A DNA stretch of 64,000 nt from Kiritimatiellia bacterium. Lineage in GTDB: Bacteria > Verrucomicrobiota > Kiritimatiellia > RFP12 > UBA1067. Shown piece after piece: positions 52,392 to 63,268 of the stretch. The notes under the pieces are model-generated. The model was not told where the DNA came from. It searched no databases and saw nothing but the letters and a program-made list of their open reading frames with translations. The DNA lies in assembly GCA_050949565.1 (NCBI GenBank), contig JBMNFY010000017.1, positions 1,728,001-1,792,000 of the forward strand, in the 5' to 3' direction. A program made the translations under genes and the position numbers. Numbering within the stretch: position 1 is the stretch's first letter; the number at the start of each line of letters is the position of its first letter.

Positions 52392-54884
52392 TCAAAAGAG
52401 CATGAGCTGCCCCGGCGCATCGGTGCTCTTACGACTGCTGCGCCGTGCGAGTTTCGGCATGCCTGCCTCCAGATCGTTCTCTTCGAGATTGGCGAGGATC
52501 TCACGCGAACGCTCCACCACTTCATCCGGCATACCGGCCAAGCGCGCCACGTGAATACCGTAGCTTTTGTCCGCCGTGCCAGGCGCGATACGCCGCAAGA
52601 AGATGATCGACTCCCCGTGTTCGCGCACCTGCACCGTGTAGTTTTTGACACCGTTCAGCGTGATGGCCAAGTCGGTGAGTTCGTGGTAATGGGTGGCGAA
52701 AAGGGTCTTGGCCTTGACAGAGGGCGTGTTGTGCAGATATTCGGCGACCGCCCACGCGATGCTGATGCCGTCGAAGGTGCTGGTGCCGCGTCCGATCTCA
52801 TCCAGTACGATCAAACTTTTGGCGGTGGCGTTGTTGAGGATGTTGGCGGTCTCCTGCATCTCGACCATGAAAGTACTGCGGCCGCGCGCGAGATCGTCGC
52901 CCGCGCCGACACGCGTGAAAACGCGGTCCAGCAGACTGATACGCGCGGCGCTCGCCGGCACGAATGAGCCGATATGCGCCATGATCGCGATCAGCGCGAC
53001 CTGCCGGATGAAGGTGGACTTGCCCGCCATGTTCGGCCCTGTGATCAGCATGATCTGGTTGCGTTGGCAGTCGAGCAGGACATCGTTGGGCACGAACTGC
53101 TCGGCGTCGGGCAGTTGCTCGATCACCGGGTGGCGGCCGTCGCGGATTTCCAGTGTGTTGTCCTCGGTGATTTCCGGACGCACATAACCAAGGGCGAGGG
53201 CGCGGTCGGCCAGCGAGCCTAACACATCCGCTTGCGCCAGTGCGTCGGCGGTCTCCTGCACGGCTGCGGTGTGCGCCACGACCTCTTCGCGTAGCGCGCA
53301 GAACAGCTCGAACTCCATCGCGGTGGAGCGCTCCTGCGCACCAAAAATCTTCTGCTCGTAGGTCTTTAGTTCCGGCGTAATGAAGCGCTCGGCATTGACC
53401 AGCGTTTGGCGTCGCTCGTACTCCGGCGGCACGGCACCGGCCTGGCCTTTGGAGACCTCAATGAAGAAGCCGAAAACTTTGTTGTGGCGCACCTTGAGAG
53501 TCTTGATGCCGGTACGCTCTTGCTCGCTGGCTTGATATTTGGCGAGCCAGTCGTGGCCTTCCGAAGCCAGCGCGCGCAACTCGTCCAATTCCGCGTTGTA
53601 GCCGGCGCGGATGATACCGCCGTCCTTGAGACTGACCGGCGGCTCGTCGGCAATAGCACGCTCAATCAGCGTGACCAGATCGGGCAGGGGGTGGAGTTGC
53701 GCGGCGGTCTCGCGCAGCAGGGCGTCGGTCGTTTGCTCCAAGCGCTCGCGCAGTGCGGGTACTGGCAACAGCGATGCCGCCAGTGCTCTTACGTCGCGCG
53801 CGTTGCCGCGTCCCGAGTCGATACGCGCGATGAGCCGTTCGAGATCGCGTATCTGCGCGAGCTTTTCGCGCAGGTCGTTCAAGACCAGACGCTGGCAGGT
53901 CAGGCATTCGACCGCATCAAGCCGCGCCTTGATGGCGGGTGCCTGACGAAGCGGTCGGATCATCCACGTGCGCAGCAGACGCGCGCCCATTGGCGTTTGC
54001 GTGTTGTTGAGTACACCGAGCAGCGTTGTCTCCTGTGGCTTACCACGCTGGGGGATCAGGTCGAGGTTGACGCAGGTGTTTTCATCGAGCGTCAGGAAAG
54101 CATCGGCGTGACGCACATGCAGGGCGCGGACGTGACTGACCGCGTGCCGTAACTCTTCGTTGACGTAACGGAGCAGCGCACCGGCCGGACCGACCAGTTC
54201 GGCCACGCCCTCGCAACCGTAGCCTTCGAGCGAGTGCACTTGAAAGTGACGTAGCAGGCGGTCGCAGGCGCAGTCATACTCGAACGTCCAGTCGTCGATA
54301 TCGGTGACAGTGCTGAGTGCGCCTGCAGCACGGACACGCTGTATACGCGGGTCGGCGAGCGCCTCGCGTCCGATCAGGCACTCGCTGGGCGCGTAGCGCT
54401 TGAGCAGATCGGCCAGCGCGTCGTCATCGGGCACGGCTTCCACCGTGAAGGCACCGGTCGAGAGATCCAGCAAGGCCAGTCCCAGCTTTTTGCCGACATA
54501 GATCGCGGCAATGTAATTGTTGCGAGCCGCGTCGAGTATCTCATCCTCGGTGACGGTTCCGGGGGTGACCACGCGGGTGACTTCGCGGCGCACGAGCCCT
54601 TTGGCCTTGGAAGGGTCTTCCATCTGGTCGCAGATTGCGGCCTTCTTGCCAGCGCGGATCAACTTAGCGAGGTAGGCATCGATGGCGTGGTAGGGCACGC
54701 CGCACATCGGGGTTCCAGAGCGTTGAGTCAGGGCCACGCCCAAGATCGGCGCTGCCGTACACGCATCCTCAAAAAACATCTCATAGAAATCCCCGAGGCG
54801 GAACAGCAAGATCACGCCGTCCGGCAACTCCGCTTTGATGCGTCGATACTGACGCATCATCGGGGTCAACTCTTCACCAGCCAT
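52392..54884 (-). CDS. mutS: DNA mismatch repair protein MutS
   Basis: TPMMRQY, GDFYEMF, TGPNMAGKST, DEIGRGTST and FATHYHEL motifs. Confidence 0.97.
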   Translation of the reverse strand: MAGEELTPMMRQYRRIKAELPDGVILLFRLGDFYEMFFEDACTAAPILGVALTQRSGTPMCGVPYHAIDAYLAKLIRAGKKAAICDQMEDPSKAKGLVRREVTRVVTPGTVTEDEILDAARNNYIAAIYVGKKLGLALLDLSTGAFTVEAVPDDDALADLLKRYAPSECLIGREALADPRIQRVRAAGALSTVTDIDDWTFEYDCACDRLLRHFQVHSLEGYGCEGVAELVGPAGALLRYVNEELRHAVSHVRALHVRHADAFLTLDENTCVNLDLIPQRGKPQETTLLGVLNNTQTPMGARLLRTWMIRPLRQAPAIKARLDAVECLTCQRLVLNDLREKLAQIRDLERLIARIDSGRGNARDVRALAASLLPVPALRERLEQTTDALLRETAAQLHPLPDLVTLIERAIADEPPVSLKDGGIIRAGYNAELDELRALASEGHDWLAKYQASEQERTGIKTLKVRHNKVFGFFIEVSKGQAGAVPPEYERRQTLVNAERFITPELKTYEQKIFGAQERSTAMEFELFCALREEVVAHTAAVQETADALAQADVLGSLADRALALGYVRPEITEDNTLEIRDGRHPVIEQLPDAEQFVPNDVLLDCQRNQIMLITGPNMAGKSTFIRQVALIAIMAHIGSFVPASAARISLLDRVFTRVGAGDDLARGRSTFMVEMQETANILNNATAKSLIVLDEIGRGTSTFDGISIAWAVAEYLHNTPSVKAKTLFATHYHELTDLAITLNGVKNYTVQVREHGESIIFLRRIAPGTADKSYGIHVARLAGMPDEVVERSREILANLEENDLEAGMPKLARRSSRKSTDAPGQLMLF

Positions 54885-55055
54885 CGAACAAACTCCTCCG
54901 GGTCGGCGATCTCCGACCCCATTGATAGTCAGTTTCGCATGTTCACGCGCCTTCCGTCAATCCGGTAACGCGCGGATGCGGTAACAGAGTGCTGGTTGAC
55001 ACCCTCTAGCGGAAGCGATAAGCTCAAATACAAATCGCTACGAAAGGAAAAAACC

Positions 55056-56789
55056 ATGAACGGGGCTTTGCTGCTTGTCGGTTCTTGTGTGCTGTTTTAT
55101 CTCGCGTATCATTTTTACGGGCGCATCGTTGAACGGGTGCTCGGAGTTGATCCCGCGCGACCGACGCCCGCGCATACGCTGCGCGATGGTGTGGACTATG
55201 TGCCGACACATCCCGCGATCTTGTTCGGCCACCATTTCGCCAGTATCGCCGGTGCCGGGCCGATCGTCGGGCCGGTGCTGGCGGCGCAGTTCGGCTGGGT
55301 GGCGGTGGCGCTCTGGGTTGTGTTTGGTTGTATCCTCATCGGGTCGGTGCATGATCTGGCCGCGATGTTCCTGTCGATCCGCCATCAGGGGCGTTCGATC
55401 GGCACGGTGATCGAGTCGCTGATGGGCTATTGGGGGCGGATGCTCTTCCTCTTTTTCTGTTGGTTCACGCTGGTGCTTGTTGTGGCGGAGTTTCTGCGCA
55501 TCGCGGCCGAAACCTTTGTCGAGATTCCGGCGGTCGGCACGGCCTCGATGTTGTTCATTGTGCTGGCGATCGGCTTTGGCCGTATGGTCTGTCGAGGCGG
55601 CATGAGTGTGCTGGTCGGATCGCTGATCTTTGTGCCGCTGACCTTTGCCTGCGTCTATTTCGGCACGTTGATTCCGATCGACTTTGTGAAATTGCTGGGG
55701 TGCGATGCGGCGACCGCCCGGCAGATCTGGGTGATCGTGCTACTGGCCTACTGCTTCGCGGCCTCGGTGCTGCCGGTGTGGCTGCTGCTACAGCCGCGCG
55801 ACTACCTCAACTCCTATCTGCTCTACGCCATGATGGCGCTCGGCTTTGTCGGTATCTTGGTGGCGCGGCCGATGATGAATCTGGACGCCTTCACCGGCTG
55901 GCATGCGGTGAATCCGTTGAGCGGTGGCACCGAGCCCTTGATTCCGTTGCTGTTTGTGACGGTGGCGTGCGGCGCTTGTTCCGGCTTCCACGCGCTGGTG
56001 GCCTCGGGCACGACCGCCAAGCAGATAGACAGCGAACGCCACCTCCGGCCGGTGGCTTACGGTAGCATGTTGATCGAAGGGGTGCTGGCGATCATTGCGC
56101 TGGTCGCGGTTGGTGTGATGACGCAGGGCGAGTACGCGGCAGCGCTGAAAGAGCAGGGCGCGGTCAAGCTGTTCGCAGGCGGCGTCGCGAGTTTCACCGA
56201 CAAACTGGGACTGCCACACGAGGCGGGCATCGTCTTCATCTCGCTGGTGCTGGCGGCTTTTCTGATGACGACGCTCGATACGGCCACGCGTCTGGCGCGC
56301 TTCACCTGGCAGGAGCTTTTCCTGCCGCGCGGGCAATCGGATGAAAACGCATCTCCGGCCGCTGCCGCGCCGGCGTTGCCTGCGGTTCAGGCGTTCTTCT
56401 CTAACCGTTATATCGCCACACTGATTGCGGTGGTCGCCGCCGGTTGGTTGTTGCTCGGCGGCGGGGCGAAGAGCATCTGGCCGGTCTTTGCCTCGTCCAA
56501 TCAATTGCTCGCCGCGCTGACGCTGCTCGGGTGCAGTCTGTGGCTGCTGCGCCACAAGCGCCCGCTCGCTCTCACGCTGCTGCCGATGCTCTTTATGATG
56601 ATCACCAGCGGCTCGGCGGTCATCACCCTCTTCTTGCGCAACGCGCGGGCTTGGCAGGCGGACGGCTTTAAGGCCGGGGGCGTCATGACGCTGACGACCG
56701 GCATCCTGATCGTGATGTCGATCGCGTTGATCGTCATGGGAACGATCAGCATCCTGCAGACCATGAAACAGAGTGAAAGGAAAGCGTAG
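55056..56789 (+). CDS. cstA: Carbon starvation protein A family transporter
   Basis: HHFASIAGAGPIVGP, LLQPRDYLN and ACGACSGFHAL motifs; upstream TTGACA-N17-TAAGCT at 54996. Confidence 0.93.
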   Translation: MNGALLLVGSCVLFYLAYHFYGRIVERVLGVDPARPTPAHTLRDGVDYVPTHPAILFGHHFASIAGAGPIVGPVLAAQFGWVAVALWVVFGCILIGSVHDLAAMFLSIRHQGRSIGTVIESLMGYWGRMLFLFFCWFTLVLVVAEFLRIAAETFVEIPAVGTASMLFIVLAIGFGRMVCRGGMSVLVGSLIFVPLTFACVYFGTLIPIDFVKLLGCDAATARQIWVIVLLAYCFAASVLPVWLLLQPRDYLNSYLLYAMMALGFVGILVARPMMNLDAFTGWHAVNPLSGGTEPLIPLLFVTVACGACSGFHALVASGTTAKQIDSERHLRPVAYGSMLIEGVLAIIALVAVGVMTQGEYAAALKEQGAVKLFAGGVASFTDKLGLPHEAGIVFISLVLAAFLMTTLDTATRLARFTWQELFLPRGQSDENASPAAAAPALPAVQAFFSNRYIATLIAVVAAGWLLLGGGAKSIWPVFASSNQLLAALTLLGCSLWLLRHKRPLALTLLPMLFMMITSGSAVITLFLRNARAWQADGFKAGGVMTLTTGILIVMSIALIVMGTISILQTMKQSERKA

Positions 56790-56791
56790 CC

Positions 56792-57964
56792 ATGGCGAAG
56801 GAACTGGCGTTTGTCCTCATCAACCCGTATCCGATCCGCAAATCGCGTACCGGCGGTATTATCGCGCGCTATCTCGTGCGTACCGATCTCAAGCTGGTCG
56901 GCGCGCGTGTTGTTGGGGCGTCGGCTGAACTGGTCAACGAGTTCGCCACCTATCTGGAGACCTACGATCCGGACGACCCGGAAAAGTGCGCGCTTCTTTC
57001 GAACTATGTGCGGCGTTTCTACACGCCGGACGCCGCGACCGGCCGTCCGCACCGCTCGATGCTGCTGCTCTTCGAGGGCGACGATGCGATTCGCAAGATT
57101 TTCGATGTCACCGGCTCCATCCATCAGCAGTGGGGTAGCGGGCAGAGCGTGCGTGACACCTACGGTGACTTGGTGCGTAATCCGACGACCGGCGAGGTCG
57201 AATATTTTGAGCCGGCGGTGATGGTCGGTCCTTCCCAGAAGGTCGTGGGCGACATCCTGCGTATGTGGCTACCGCATCTCGCGTCGCAAGCCGGCATCGT
57301 ACGCGGTGCGCTGGACGTGCCGGGCGGCGCTGACGTGCAGGAGACGCTGGTGATGCTCAAGCCGGACAACTGGCGTCAGCCGTCGTTGCGCGCCGGCAAC
57401 ATCATGGATTTGCTCTCGAACTCAGGTCTGCGCATCGTGGGCGTGAAAAAGTTCTCTATGTCGGTGGCGCAAGCCGAAGAGTTTTACGGGCCGGTGCGTG
57501 AGGGGCTGAAGAAGGTCTTCAAGAAATTCGCGGCGGACCGCGCCGCGCAGGCGTTGTCGCGTGAGTTCGGTTTCCCGGTGGATGCCGCGCCGCTCGATGA
57601 CCTGTGCGACATGCTGGCGCCCTCCTTTGCCGAGCGCGAGTTCGAGAGTATCGTGGAGTTCATGACCGGGCGCCGTCCTTCGAACTGTCTGCCCGAGGAG
57701 CGCACCCTGCCCGGCACCGAAGAGTGCCTGGCGATCGTGTACGAGGGCCCCGATGCGGTGGCCAAGATTCGCGACATTCTGGGCGCTACGGATCCGACCA
57801 AGGCGCGTCCCGGCTCGATCCGCCGCGAGTTCGGTACCAACATCATGGTCAACGCCGCGCATGCCTCCGACTCAGTGGAGAACGCACGGCGCGAAATGCG
57901 CATCCTCGACGTGGCAAACGATCCGCACTTTGAGACGCTGATCAAGAAGTACTATGTAGACTGA
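56792..57964 (+). CDS. ndk: Nucleoside diphosphate kinase, two-domain form
   Basis: TLVMLKPD, AEEFY, GATDP...PGSIR and NAAHASDS motifs; degenerate N-terminal NDK-like domain. Confidence 0.85.
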   Translation: MAKELAFVLINPYPIRKSRTGGIIARYLVRTDLKLVGARVVGASAELVNEFATYLETYDPDDPEKCALLSNYVRRFYTPDAATGRPHRSMLLLFEGDDAIRKIFDVTGSIHQQWGSGQSVRDTYGDLVRNPTTGEVEYFEPAVMVGPSQKVVGDILRMWLPHLASQAGIVRGALDVPGGADVQETLVMLKPDNWRQPSLRAGNIMDLLSNSGLRIVGVKKFSMSVAQAEEFYGPVREGLKKVFKKFAADRAAQALSREFGFPVDAAPLDDLCDMLAPSFAEREFESIVEFMTGRRPSNCLPEERTLPGTEECLAIVYEGPDAVAKIRDILGATDPTKARPGSIRREFGTNIMVNAAHASDSVENARREMRILDVANDPHFETLIKKYYVD

Positions 57965-58002
57965 CCCCATCGAATTTTGTATAAAGGGGCGCAACACATT
58001 AC

Positions 58003-58087
58003 GGGCGCGTGGTGAAATTGGCATACACGCAGGATTTAGGTTCCTGTGCCGCGAGGCGTGAGGGTTCGACTCCCTCCGCGCCCACCA
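58003..58087 (+). tRNA. tRNA-Leu(TAG)
   Basis: GGGCGCG acceptor, anticodon arm CAGGA-TTTAGGT-TCCTG, long variable arm, GGTTCGA T-loop and CCA end. Confidence 0.95.
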
Positions 58088-58116
58088 TTCTTTCGCGCAC
58101 AGCGCGAAAGAATGGT

Positions 58117-58369
58117 GATTTAGGAGTTAGCATTTAGGATTTAGGAGTTAGCGCTGCTCGGGTTTTTCATCCACAGATGGCACAGATTAGCACAGATTTT
58201 TTGGGGGCAGCCGGAACTGCCGTTCCTGCGGGGACTGCGGGCGAGGGCGGCGTGGAACGCCGCCAAATGACAGCCTGGTGCGGAGCAGCACCCGCAGCAC
58301 CCGCAGTGCCGGAAGCCCGGCGGCGTTCGCGCCGCCCACAAAACTCCTAACTCCTAAATCCTAAATCCT
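58117..58369. repeat. MITE-like element with heptamer inverted ends (TTAGGAG / CTCCTAA)
   Basis: GATTTAGGAGTTAG...TTTAGGATTTAGGAGTTAG on the left and AACTCCTAACTCCTAAATCCTAAATCCT on the right. Confidence 0.75.
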
Positions 58370-58551
58370 CCTTCCAGAGGGCGTTACTTTCCTGTCGCCA
58401 CGGGTCGGGGGCGTGTGATAAGCTAGCGTTTGTTTCTTGAGGTCAGGGGTTTTCAATTTGACAATTTTCCGAAATATGTCAAACTGCGCGACCTCAAACG
58501 ACGCCGGAGGGTGGCTTTGGTTGATTGGATGGCGTCAAGAGGAGCAGTAGC

Positions 58552-59478
58552 ATGAGTAAAAAAGCGTGCATATTTGCAGGTCAGGGGGCGCAGGTTCCCG
58601 GCATGGGCAGCGACTTCGCGGCGGATGCCGGGATCGCAGAACTCTTCACCCGCGCCAACGCGGTGCTGGGGTTTGATCTCACCAAGATCTGTTTCGAAGG
58701 CCCCGCAGAAGAGTTGACGAAATCGAATGTCTGCCAGCCTGCGATCTTTACGGTCAGCGTGGCCGCCTTCAAGGCGTTTCGCGCGCGTTATCCGCAAGTG
58801 GAGTTCGCGATGGCCGCTGGTCTCAGCCTCGGCGAGTGGACCGCACTGCATATCGCGGGGGTGCTGGATTTTGAGTCGACGCTGACGGTGCTTGAGGCGC
58901 GCGGGCGTTTTATGCAGCAGGCGTGCGAAGAGCAGGCCACCGGCATGATCAGCATCATGGGTGCCTCGGATGAGCAGTTGCAAACGATTTGTGATAGGGC
59001 TGGCCTTACGGTGGCCAACATCAACTCCGACTCGCAGATCGTGCTCTCCGGTCTCAAGACCGGTGTCGCCACGGCCGCCACGGTCGCCGCCGAGCTAGGC
59101 GTCAAGGCGATCCCGCTGAATGTCGCGGGTGCCTTCCACTCCCCGTTCATGGCCTCAGCCCGCACCAAACTCGCGGATGTCATTGCGGACATCACGTTCA
59201 GTGCGCCGACGCTGCCGGTGCTCGCCAATGTCAGTGGTGCGCCGCACAGCAATGATCCGGCCGCCATCAAAGAGGCGATGCTGCGGCAGGTGACCGAGTC
59301 CGTGCGCTGGTACGACTGCGTGCGCCACGCCATCGCGGACGGCGTCACGACATTCGTTGAGTTCGGCCCCGGCAAAGTGCTCTCTGGACTCATCCGGCGC
59401 ATCGACAAGAGCGTGACCACACAGAACGTGGCCGACACGGCATCGCTTGACGCGGCGGCCGCAGTTTGCGAAGCTTAA
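58552..59478 (+). CDS. fabD: Malonyl-CoA:ACP transacylase
   Basis: FAGQGAQ, GLSLGE, AGAFHS and [11 protein letters not shown] motifs. Confidence 0.95.
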   Translation: MSKKACIFAGQGAQVPGMGSDFAADAGIAELFTRANAVLGFDLTKICFEGPAEELTKSNVCQPAIFTVSVAAFKAFRARYPQVEFAMAAGLSLGEWTALHIAGVLDFESTLTVLEARGRFMQQACEEQATGMISIMGASDEQLQTICDRAGLTVANINSDSQIVLSGLKTGVATAATVAAELGVKAIPLNVAGAFHSPFMASARTKLADVIADITFSAPTLPVLANVSGAPHSNDPAAIKEAMLRQVTESVRWYDCVRHAIADGVTTFVEFGPGKVLSGLIRRIDKSVTTQNVADTASLDAAAAVCEA

Positions 59479-59501
59479 CACTTTGCACGAAGGAAATTAT
59501 C

Positions 59502-60245
59502 ATGGCAGTATTTGAAGGAAAAGTGGCGGTCGTGACCGGCGCTGCGCGCGGTATTGGTCAGGAGATCTCCAAACGATTGGCGCAGGAAGGCGCCGACGTG
59601 GCGCTTTGTGATTTGCAGGCGGAGTGGCTCGCCGAGACTGCGGGCATCGTCGAAGGGCTTGGCCGCAAGGCCTTGTCGTTGGCGGTGGACGTGGGCGACA
59701 GCGAAGCGGTCAACGCCTGCATCAATGAGGTGATCAAGGTATTCGGCAAGGTTGACATTATGGTCAACAACGCCGGGATCACCAAAGACACGCTCTTGGT
59801 GCGTATGTCGGATGACGATTGGGATGCGGTTCTGCGCGTGAACCTGAAGGGTACCTTTCTGTTCTCGCGTGCCGTGGCCAAGCACATGATGAAGCAGCGG
59901 AGCGGGGCGATCATCAACATCGCTTCGATCAGCGGCGTCATCGGCACCGCCGGACAAGCGAACTACGCGGCCTCCAAGGCCGGCGTGATCGCCCTGACGA
60001 AGTCCACCGCCAATGAACTGGCGTCGCGTGGCGTCCGGGCGAATGCGATCGCCCCGGGATTCATTTCGTCGAAAATGACCGACGCGCTGTCAGAGGACGT
60101 GCGCAAACAGTACCTGTCGCGGATCCCGCTGGGCCGTTTCGGGACCGTCGAAGACATCGCGAACGCGGTGGTCTTCCTCGCCTCGGAACAGTCGAGCTAC
60201 ATGACCGGACAGACGCTGCACGTCAACGGCGGCATGGTCATGTGA
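59502..60245 (+). CDS. fabG: 3-oxoacyl-ACP reductase
   Basis: [16 protein letters not shown] and YAASKAG motifs. Confidence 0.95.
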   Translation: MAVFEGKVAVVTGAARGIGQEISKRLAQEGADVALCDLQAEWLAETAGIVEGLGRKALSLAVDVGDSEAVNACINEVIKVFGKVDIMVNNAGITKDTLLVRMSDDDWDAVLRVNLKGTFLFSRAVAKHMMKQRSGAIINIASISGVIGTAGQANYAASKAGVIALTKSTANELASRGVRANAIAPGFISSKMTDALSEDVRKQYLSRIPLGRFGTVEDIANAVVFLASEQSSYMTGQTLHVNGGMVM

Positions 60246-60311
60246 TGAATTGGCGCGGCATGTGCCGCAACTGTGTAAACAAGCAAGAGAAACTAGGTCA
60301 AGGAGAAACAA

Positions 60312-60560
60312 ATGGCTAGCAAACTCGAAGAGCGGGTCAAAGAGATTATCGTAGAGCAACTGGGCGTCAACGCCGAGCAGGTCACACCGGAGGCTTCGTT
60401 CATTGACGATCTGGGCGCGGACTCGCTGGACACTGTCGAGCTGATTATGGCGTTCGAAGAGGAATTCGGTGCCGAGATCCCGGACGAGGACGCCGAGAAG
60501 CTGACGTCAGTCGGCAAGGTGCTTGAGTACCTGGCGGGCAAGGGCTTCGATAAGGAGTAG
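60312..60560 (+). CDS. acpP: Acyl carrier protein
   Basis: [20 protein letters not shown]. Confidence 0.97.
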   Translation: MASKLEERVKEIIVEQLGVNAEQVTPEASFIDDLGADSLDTVELIMAFEEEFGAEIPDEDAEKLTSVGKVLEYLAGKGFDKE

Positions 60561-60686
60561 CCTTAGCTAGTGCATTAGTTCGTTAGTGCATTAGTTTAGC
60601 CCATATCGCTACGAGCCGCCTTTCGCGCGTTGCGCGGAAGGCGGTCTCTGTTTCAGGCCGCAGCGGCGTAAACGCCGCCCACAGAA

Positions 60687-63242
60687 CTACTCCCGGTAGG
60701 GCTTCATCTGCACGAAGTTCAGCATCAGCGTTTCGCCGGGAGTGGCCGACGCATCGTGGAAAACGAGCGTGAGTGTCGGTGCCGTGGCCCGGAACACGAT
60801 GCGGTGCAGGTTGACCTTGGCCACGTTGTCATTGTGCGCGTATCGCCCGCCTTTGCGCCGGTCGATATGCACGAAGCTGCGTGCCGCATCGCGCTCGACG
60901 CCCGGCATCTCCACCTCAATCCCGTAGCGGCGCGGATTGAAGTGCTTCTTCACGACGTCGGTGTGGTCGGCGGTGACAAACTGTAGGCAATAGAGCTTGC
61001 CCGGCGTCAGGCCGCGTGCCGTCTGGCTGACGCGGTTGGTGCCGTTCGGCTGGCGCGTCAACAGACAGAAGGTGTCGCCCGCCTTGCCCGCTCCCCAACG
61101 CCCTTGGCTGTTCTTGCCGTAACCTGCCAGTGTCTCGGCGCGCACCGCCCCTTCGGCGGCGGGTGCCACCTCCCAGCCGGTCAGCCCGTCGGTGAAATCG
61201 CCATTCACCACCAGTTCTGGTCGATAGCGGAAACCGTAGCGCTCCGACAGCCGGTCGCGACGCCCCTCGACCGCGTAGTGGCGCATCAATTCAAACGACC
61301 AGCGCGCCATCTCTTCGTCGCCGTAATAGGTGCCCCAGTAACCGATCGTCGCCAAGCCCTCGAATACCGGATCGTTTGCCACCAGATTGACCTGCATGTC
61401 GAGAAAAACCTTGAAGTCCACGGCGGGGTTGTGTTCCAGCGACAACACGGGAAGCTGGTTGAAGTTCCCGAAGATGATCCCGCTGCCTGCGGCGGCTCCC
61501 GGCAGATAGACGTTGAAGCGACGCATGGTTTCGGCAATCATGTTGTCGAGGTACGCAGCGGCGGCGCGCTCGTCTTCCTGCGGGTGGCAGTACGCCTCAT
61601 ACAACAACCGGCCGCGACTGTGCGAGGCGTTCAGACAGGCCGACATGAAATCGGTGTGCAGCGAGGAGGTGCCGGGCTTGCCGACGATCCACGTATAAAC
61701 CCGGCGGTTTTCTGGGTTGGGCAAGCTCCAGAGTGCCTGAGTGTAGTGGTCGATCGTGATGCGTCCGAAGAAGAGTTCGTCGCTGGTGATACCGTCGTAA
61801 CGCGGCTGCGTCATGCCGGCATGCGCCGCCATCCGTTCCCGCAGGGCGACCGGATCATCCACCGGCGCGACATTGAAATTGGCCAGCCAGAGCAGGCCGC
61901 GCGCCTTAGCCTCGGACAGCGCCTCGCCCGGCAGGTTGCCGCCGTTGAGCGTCGTCACAGCATGCAGCACATGGCGTTTCATGAAGGCCCAGTCGTAAGC
62001 GCCGTTTTCCGGCACCACCGGATTTACACACGGCGGATAGTTGAAAATCTCCGGAATCGCATTCACGCGCAGCCGCATGCCGGGGCGCGCGCCGTTGACG
62101 GTGAGTTGATGCGCACCGCGCGTGACCAGGCGGAACGCCTCGCGACAACCTTGGTGCGACCACAACGGCAACGCAGCGCCGTCGAGCGTCGCCGTCACCT
62201 CGGCGGCCGGCTGCTCCGCACTGCCCGAGACCGACACGAAAATCCAGCCGTCGCGCGGCCGCACGAAGGTAAAGTGCTGCGGCGCGGCTTCCGGCGCGAG
62301 CGGGCGCTCCAGCAGCTCCGCAACCAGCGTGTTGAGCGGTTTGATTCCGCTGAGATCGAGCTCCGGCTGATCCACCACGCTGATCGGGAAAACGCGCTCC
62401 ATAACGGTCTCGCCGCCCTGCTTGCGGCGCAACAAAGCCCGCAACTGGTAATCCCCGCACGCCAGCCCCGTCAGCGGCACGCTCAACCGTTTGGCCGTGG
62501 CCGCCAGCCGTTGGACGGGAATCGGACGCCCCTTGATCTCCATCTCCCATTCGTATGCCTCGGTTGATTCAGGCAGCACACCGTAAAAGGTTAGGGTCAA
62601 CTCCGGCCGTTGGAGCGGGATCTGATTCAGCAGCGGCTCGATCGGCACCAAGCGCGGCTCATTGACCCACGCCATCTGCGATTTGGAACCTGCGCGCGCC
62701 TCCGCGCTGAGCGCTTCCAGCCGCACGTCCGCTATTGCCAACTCGCCGGTTGGACTCTGCGCGAAGCAGGCCACGCCGTACTCGTTATTTTCCGACGGAA
62801 ACAGCGTGAACTCGACTTGGTGCCGCGTCCACTCCGAATCGGCGGGCAGGGCCTTGATCCCGTTATCGCGGAACCAGCCTCTGTTATGGATGACCAAGCC
62901 CGCGTGCCGGCTTTTGAAGCCCTTGGTGCGGATGTTGGCGCTGAGCCGGTAGGTCCCTCCGGGCACCAGTTGTAGACCCTGCTGGCGCACACTCAGCGAA
63001 TCACTGCCTTCCGTTCCGGCATCGAGCACCACGGCGGCCATTTTCCCTTCGGGGCCACCAGTCCGCAGAAAACGCACCTGCTTCATGTTGCTCGGTGTCC
63101 AGAACTCAGGAAACTCGACCTGCTCGGCCTCGAACGTCCCGTTGATCAGCAGGTTTTCGCCTTCGGCTACGGCCGCATGCGCACGACCGGAATAGACGGC
63201 CGCCGCGACCACGGCAAGCATCAACATGTTGCGTGTTCTCAT
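60687..63242 (-). CDS. Secreted hypothetical protein with N- and C-terminal carbohydrate-binding-like domains
   Basis: Signal peptide AHA|; NLLINGTFE and LVVNGDF...GW CBM4/9-like starts. Confidence 0.6.
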   Translation of the reverse strand: MRTRNMLMLAVVAAAVYSGRAHAAVAEGENLLINGTFEAEQVEFPEFWTPSNMKQVRFLRTGGPEGKMAAVVLDAGTEGSDSLSVRQQGLQLVPGGTYRLSANIRTKGFKSRHAGLVIHNRGWFRDNGIKALPADSEWTRHQVEFTLFPSENNEYGVACFAQSPTGELAIADVRLEALSAEARAGSKSQMAWVNEPRLVPIEPLLNQIPLQRPELTLTFYGVLPESTEAYEWEMEIKGRPIPVQRLAATAKRLSVPLTGLACGDYQLRALLRRKQGGETVMERVFPISVVDQPELDLSGIKPLNTLVAELLERPLAPEAAPQHFTFVRPRDGWIFVSVSGSAEQPAAEVTATLDGAALPLWSHQGCREAFRLVTRGAHQLTVNGARPGMRLRVNAIPEIFNYPPCVNPVVPENGAYDWAFMKRHVLHAVTTLNGGNLPGEALSEAKARGLLWLANFNVAPVDDPVALRERMAAHAGMTQPRYDGITSDELFFGRITIDHYTQALWSLPNPENRRVYTWIVGKPGTSSLHTDFMSACLNASHSRGRLLYEAYCHPQEDERAAAAYLDNMIAETMRRFNVYLPGAAAGSGIIFGNFNQLPVLSLEHNPAVDFKVFLDMQVNLVANDPVFEGLATIGYWGTYYGDEEMARWSFELMRHYAVEGRRDRLSERYGFRYRPELVVNGDFTDGLTGWEVAPAAEGAVRAETLAGYGKNSQGRWGAGKAGDTFCLLTRQPNGTNRVSQTARGLTPGKLYCLQFVTADHTDVVKKHFNPRRYGIEVEMPGVERDAARSFVHIDRRKGGRYAHNDNVAKVNLHRIVFRATAPTLTLVFHDASATPGETLMLNFVQMKPYRE

Positions 63243-63268
63243 GGATACTCCAGTGGGTTAGTATAGGT

